From the NCBI GenBank assembly GCA_964585935.1, contig CAZPFO010000001.1, positions 20,163 to 84,162 on the forward strand: a DNA stretch of 64,000 nucleotides, read 5' to 3'. The translations under genes were made by a program, and so were the position numbers. Below the pieces are notes generated by a model. That model did not search any database, was not told the origin of the DNA, and saw only the letters and a list, made by a program, of their open reading frames with translations. Source of the DNA: an uncultured Methanosarcinales archaeon. Its GTDB lineage: Archaea; Nanobdellota; Nanobdellia; Woesearchaeales; GW2011-AR4. This document shows positions 62,830-64,000 of this stretch, piece after piece (position 1 is the first letter of the stretch; every line of letters starts with the position of its first letter).

Positions 62830-64000
62830 TTCTATAATCTCCACTATTTTATTTTTTATTTTATCTTTATTCAATAATTCACTGAGTTTTTTCCACTTAG
62901 CTTGATATTTTAAAAAATCGTTAAATGGATTACCCTGTATTGTAAGACTTTTTGCTACCCTTATATTTTTCTTAATCTTTTTAATAACATCCGGGTTTTT
63001 CTTTTTTGATATTTTCTCAAGTAAAAATTCCTGGCTCTTTAAAAATCTCTTCCTTAAATCCCCCACTAAAAAGGAGGCTGGATAAGGCTCTAAATCGGAT
63101 ATCTTTACTTTTTTTAATCCATTGATATTTTTTTGGTTCATTATTTTCTTTTGTTCATATAAGAATCTATAAAAATCTACCCTCATGGTTTTCCATTTTG
63201 AGCGGCCGGTATGGACTGGATTATGGATTATAGAAAGCTGATTATCAAAAAAGATATTGTAACCAAACATCTTTGCATTTATAAGATAGTCTATATCTTC
63301 CCCCCTGGGTATTCCCGGATCAAATGGTATGTTAGTGAATAAGTTCCTACTTAGAACCATGTTACCTCCAAGAATAAGGGGCGTATCTTTCAGTCTTGGT
63401 TTCTTCTTTATTAGATTATCAAATGCCTTATTCATAACTTTTGCCTTTTCCCAGTAATTTCCAGAATCCTTAGTTTCGCGCATATAATAACTAGCGTTCT
63501 CATATAAATAATAGCCACCTATACCATGGACTTCTTTTCCCTTAATTTTTTTTCCAATGTTTTCTCTAGCTTTCCTGATGAAGTCAGGGTCATTAAAATA
63601 TTCATCATCATCTATTGAAATAAGGATATCTGCATCTAAAGCCTGGCCAATAATCAAAGAGGTGTTTCTTATTTTAGAGTACCCGTAGAACCCGAATAGG
63701 CTATTGAAAGTTTTTTTTCTTAATATTTTTTTTATTTTATTTAATTTGTCCTCTGTAACTAGAAAACAATCTATGCCATATTGCTTTTTTATTTTCCTAG
63801 TTAAGGTATTGATCTTTTCCACTGTCTCCTTATCAATTGAATGGCTCAAAGTATTTGCCAATATGGCTATAGAGAAATCCTTATCCTTTAATATCTTGAT
63901 TGTGTTGAGCAGTTTATCCAGGGGCGGCTTTTTAAGAACATCTACAGAATAATCATAGGGGATATCTTCTATTGGAAATTGGTGAGGCTTCCAATAAGTC
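62824..64000 (-). CDS. GT-A fold glycosyltransferase (5' end beyond the window)
   Basis: DxD is SIDDDEYF, with further motifs GGNMVLSRNLF and PRGEDIDY. Hand translation shows the frame stays open upstream of the track start (63861) to position 64000 (...TYWKPHQFPIEDIPYDYSVDVLKKPPLDKLLNTIKILKDKDFSIAILANT...). Confidence 0.65.
   Translation of the reverse strand, partial: TYWKPHQFPIEDIPYDYSVDVLKKPPLDKLLNTIKILKDKDFSIAILANTLSHSIDKETVEKINTLTRKIKKQYGIDCFLVTEDKLNKIKKILRKKTFNSLFGFYGYSKIRNTSLIIGQALDADILISIDDDEYFNDPDFIRKARENIGKKIKGKEVHGIGGYYLYENASYYMRETKDSGNYWEKAKVMNKAFDNLIKKKPRLKDTPLILGGNMVLSRNLFTNIPFDPGIPRGEDIDYLINAKMFGYNIFFDNQLSIIHNPVHTGRSKWKTMRVDFYRFLYEQKKIMNQKNINGLKKVKISDLEPYPASFLVGDLRKRFLKSQEFLLEKISKKKNPDVIKKIKKNIRVAKSLTIQGNPFNDFLKYQAKWKKLSELLNKDKIKNKIVEIIES

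Overview
This is a low-GC (roughly 30%) archaeal chromosome segment, and its gene content looks like a DPANN-type (Woese-/Pace-/Nanoarchaeota-like) genome. Archaeal markers are Orc1/Cdc6, CDP-archaeol synthase, deoxyhypusine synthase, RNase P subunit Rpr2, an intein-containing Hel308 helicase and three multi-intron tRNAs. All family calls come from motif recognition by eye; no searches were run. Layout: (i) 1.3-13.7 kb is a ~12.4 kb integrative element bounded by a 15-bp direct repeat of the tRNA-Arg 3' end. It carries a tyrosine integrase, a HerA/FtsK-type ATPase, a large rep-like protein, RHH regulators and a 789-aa spike-like secreted glycoprotein. (ii) 14-17 kb is a c-di-GMP module (pseudo-receiver-GGDEF, DUF4416, GAF-HD-GYP), which is unexpected in an archaeon. 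(iii) 17-20 kb is a Hel308 gene that lacks its RecA1 half and carries a 515-aa LAGLIDADG intein. (iv) 20.6-25.4 kb holds repeat-rich surface proteins plus tRNA-Ile and tRNA-Asn, each with two introns. (v) 27.7-30 kb is a lipid head-group cluster (tandem-fused CDP-alcohol phosphatidyltransferases, a PHP phosphoesterase, CarS). (vi) 32.2 kb has an 85-aa Dph2 remnant. (vii) 34.2-36.6 kb is the most unusual part: five small, mostly membrane or secreted genes. Each is bracketed by its own inverted repeat, and the genes are joined by directly repeated integron-like core sites (GTTRRRY/RYYYAAC logic) with GC-rich inserts. (viii) 36.7-45.3 kb is a complete bacterial-type shikimate/Phe/Tyr operon with two gene fusions, interrupted by a 234-nt GC-rich palindrome-ended element. 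(ix) 46-64 kb holds housekeeping genes (Rpr2, pgk, serS, orc1/cdc6, tsaC, tatD, dys) and a candidate ORB-like inverted repeat near cdc6 that coincides with a gene-strand switch. It ends with a GH15 x2 / HAD phosphatase / glycosyltransferase cluster that runs off the window. No rRNA genes or CRISPR arrays were seen.
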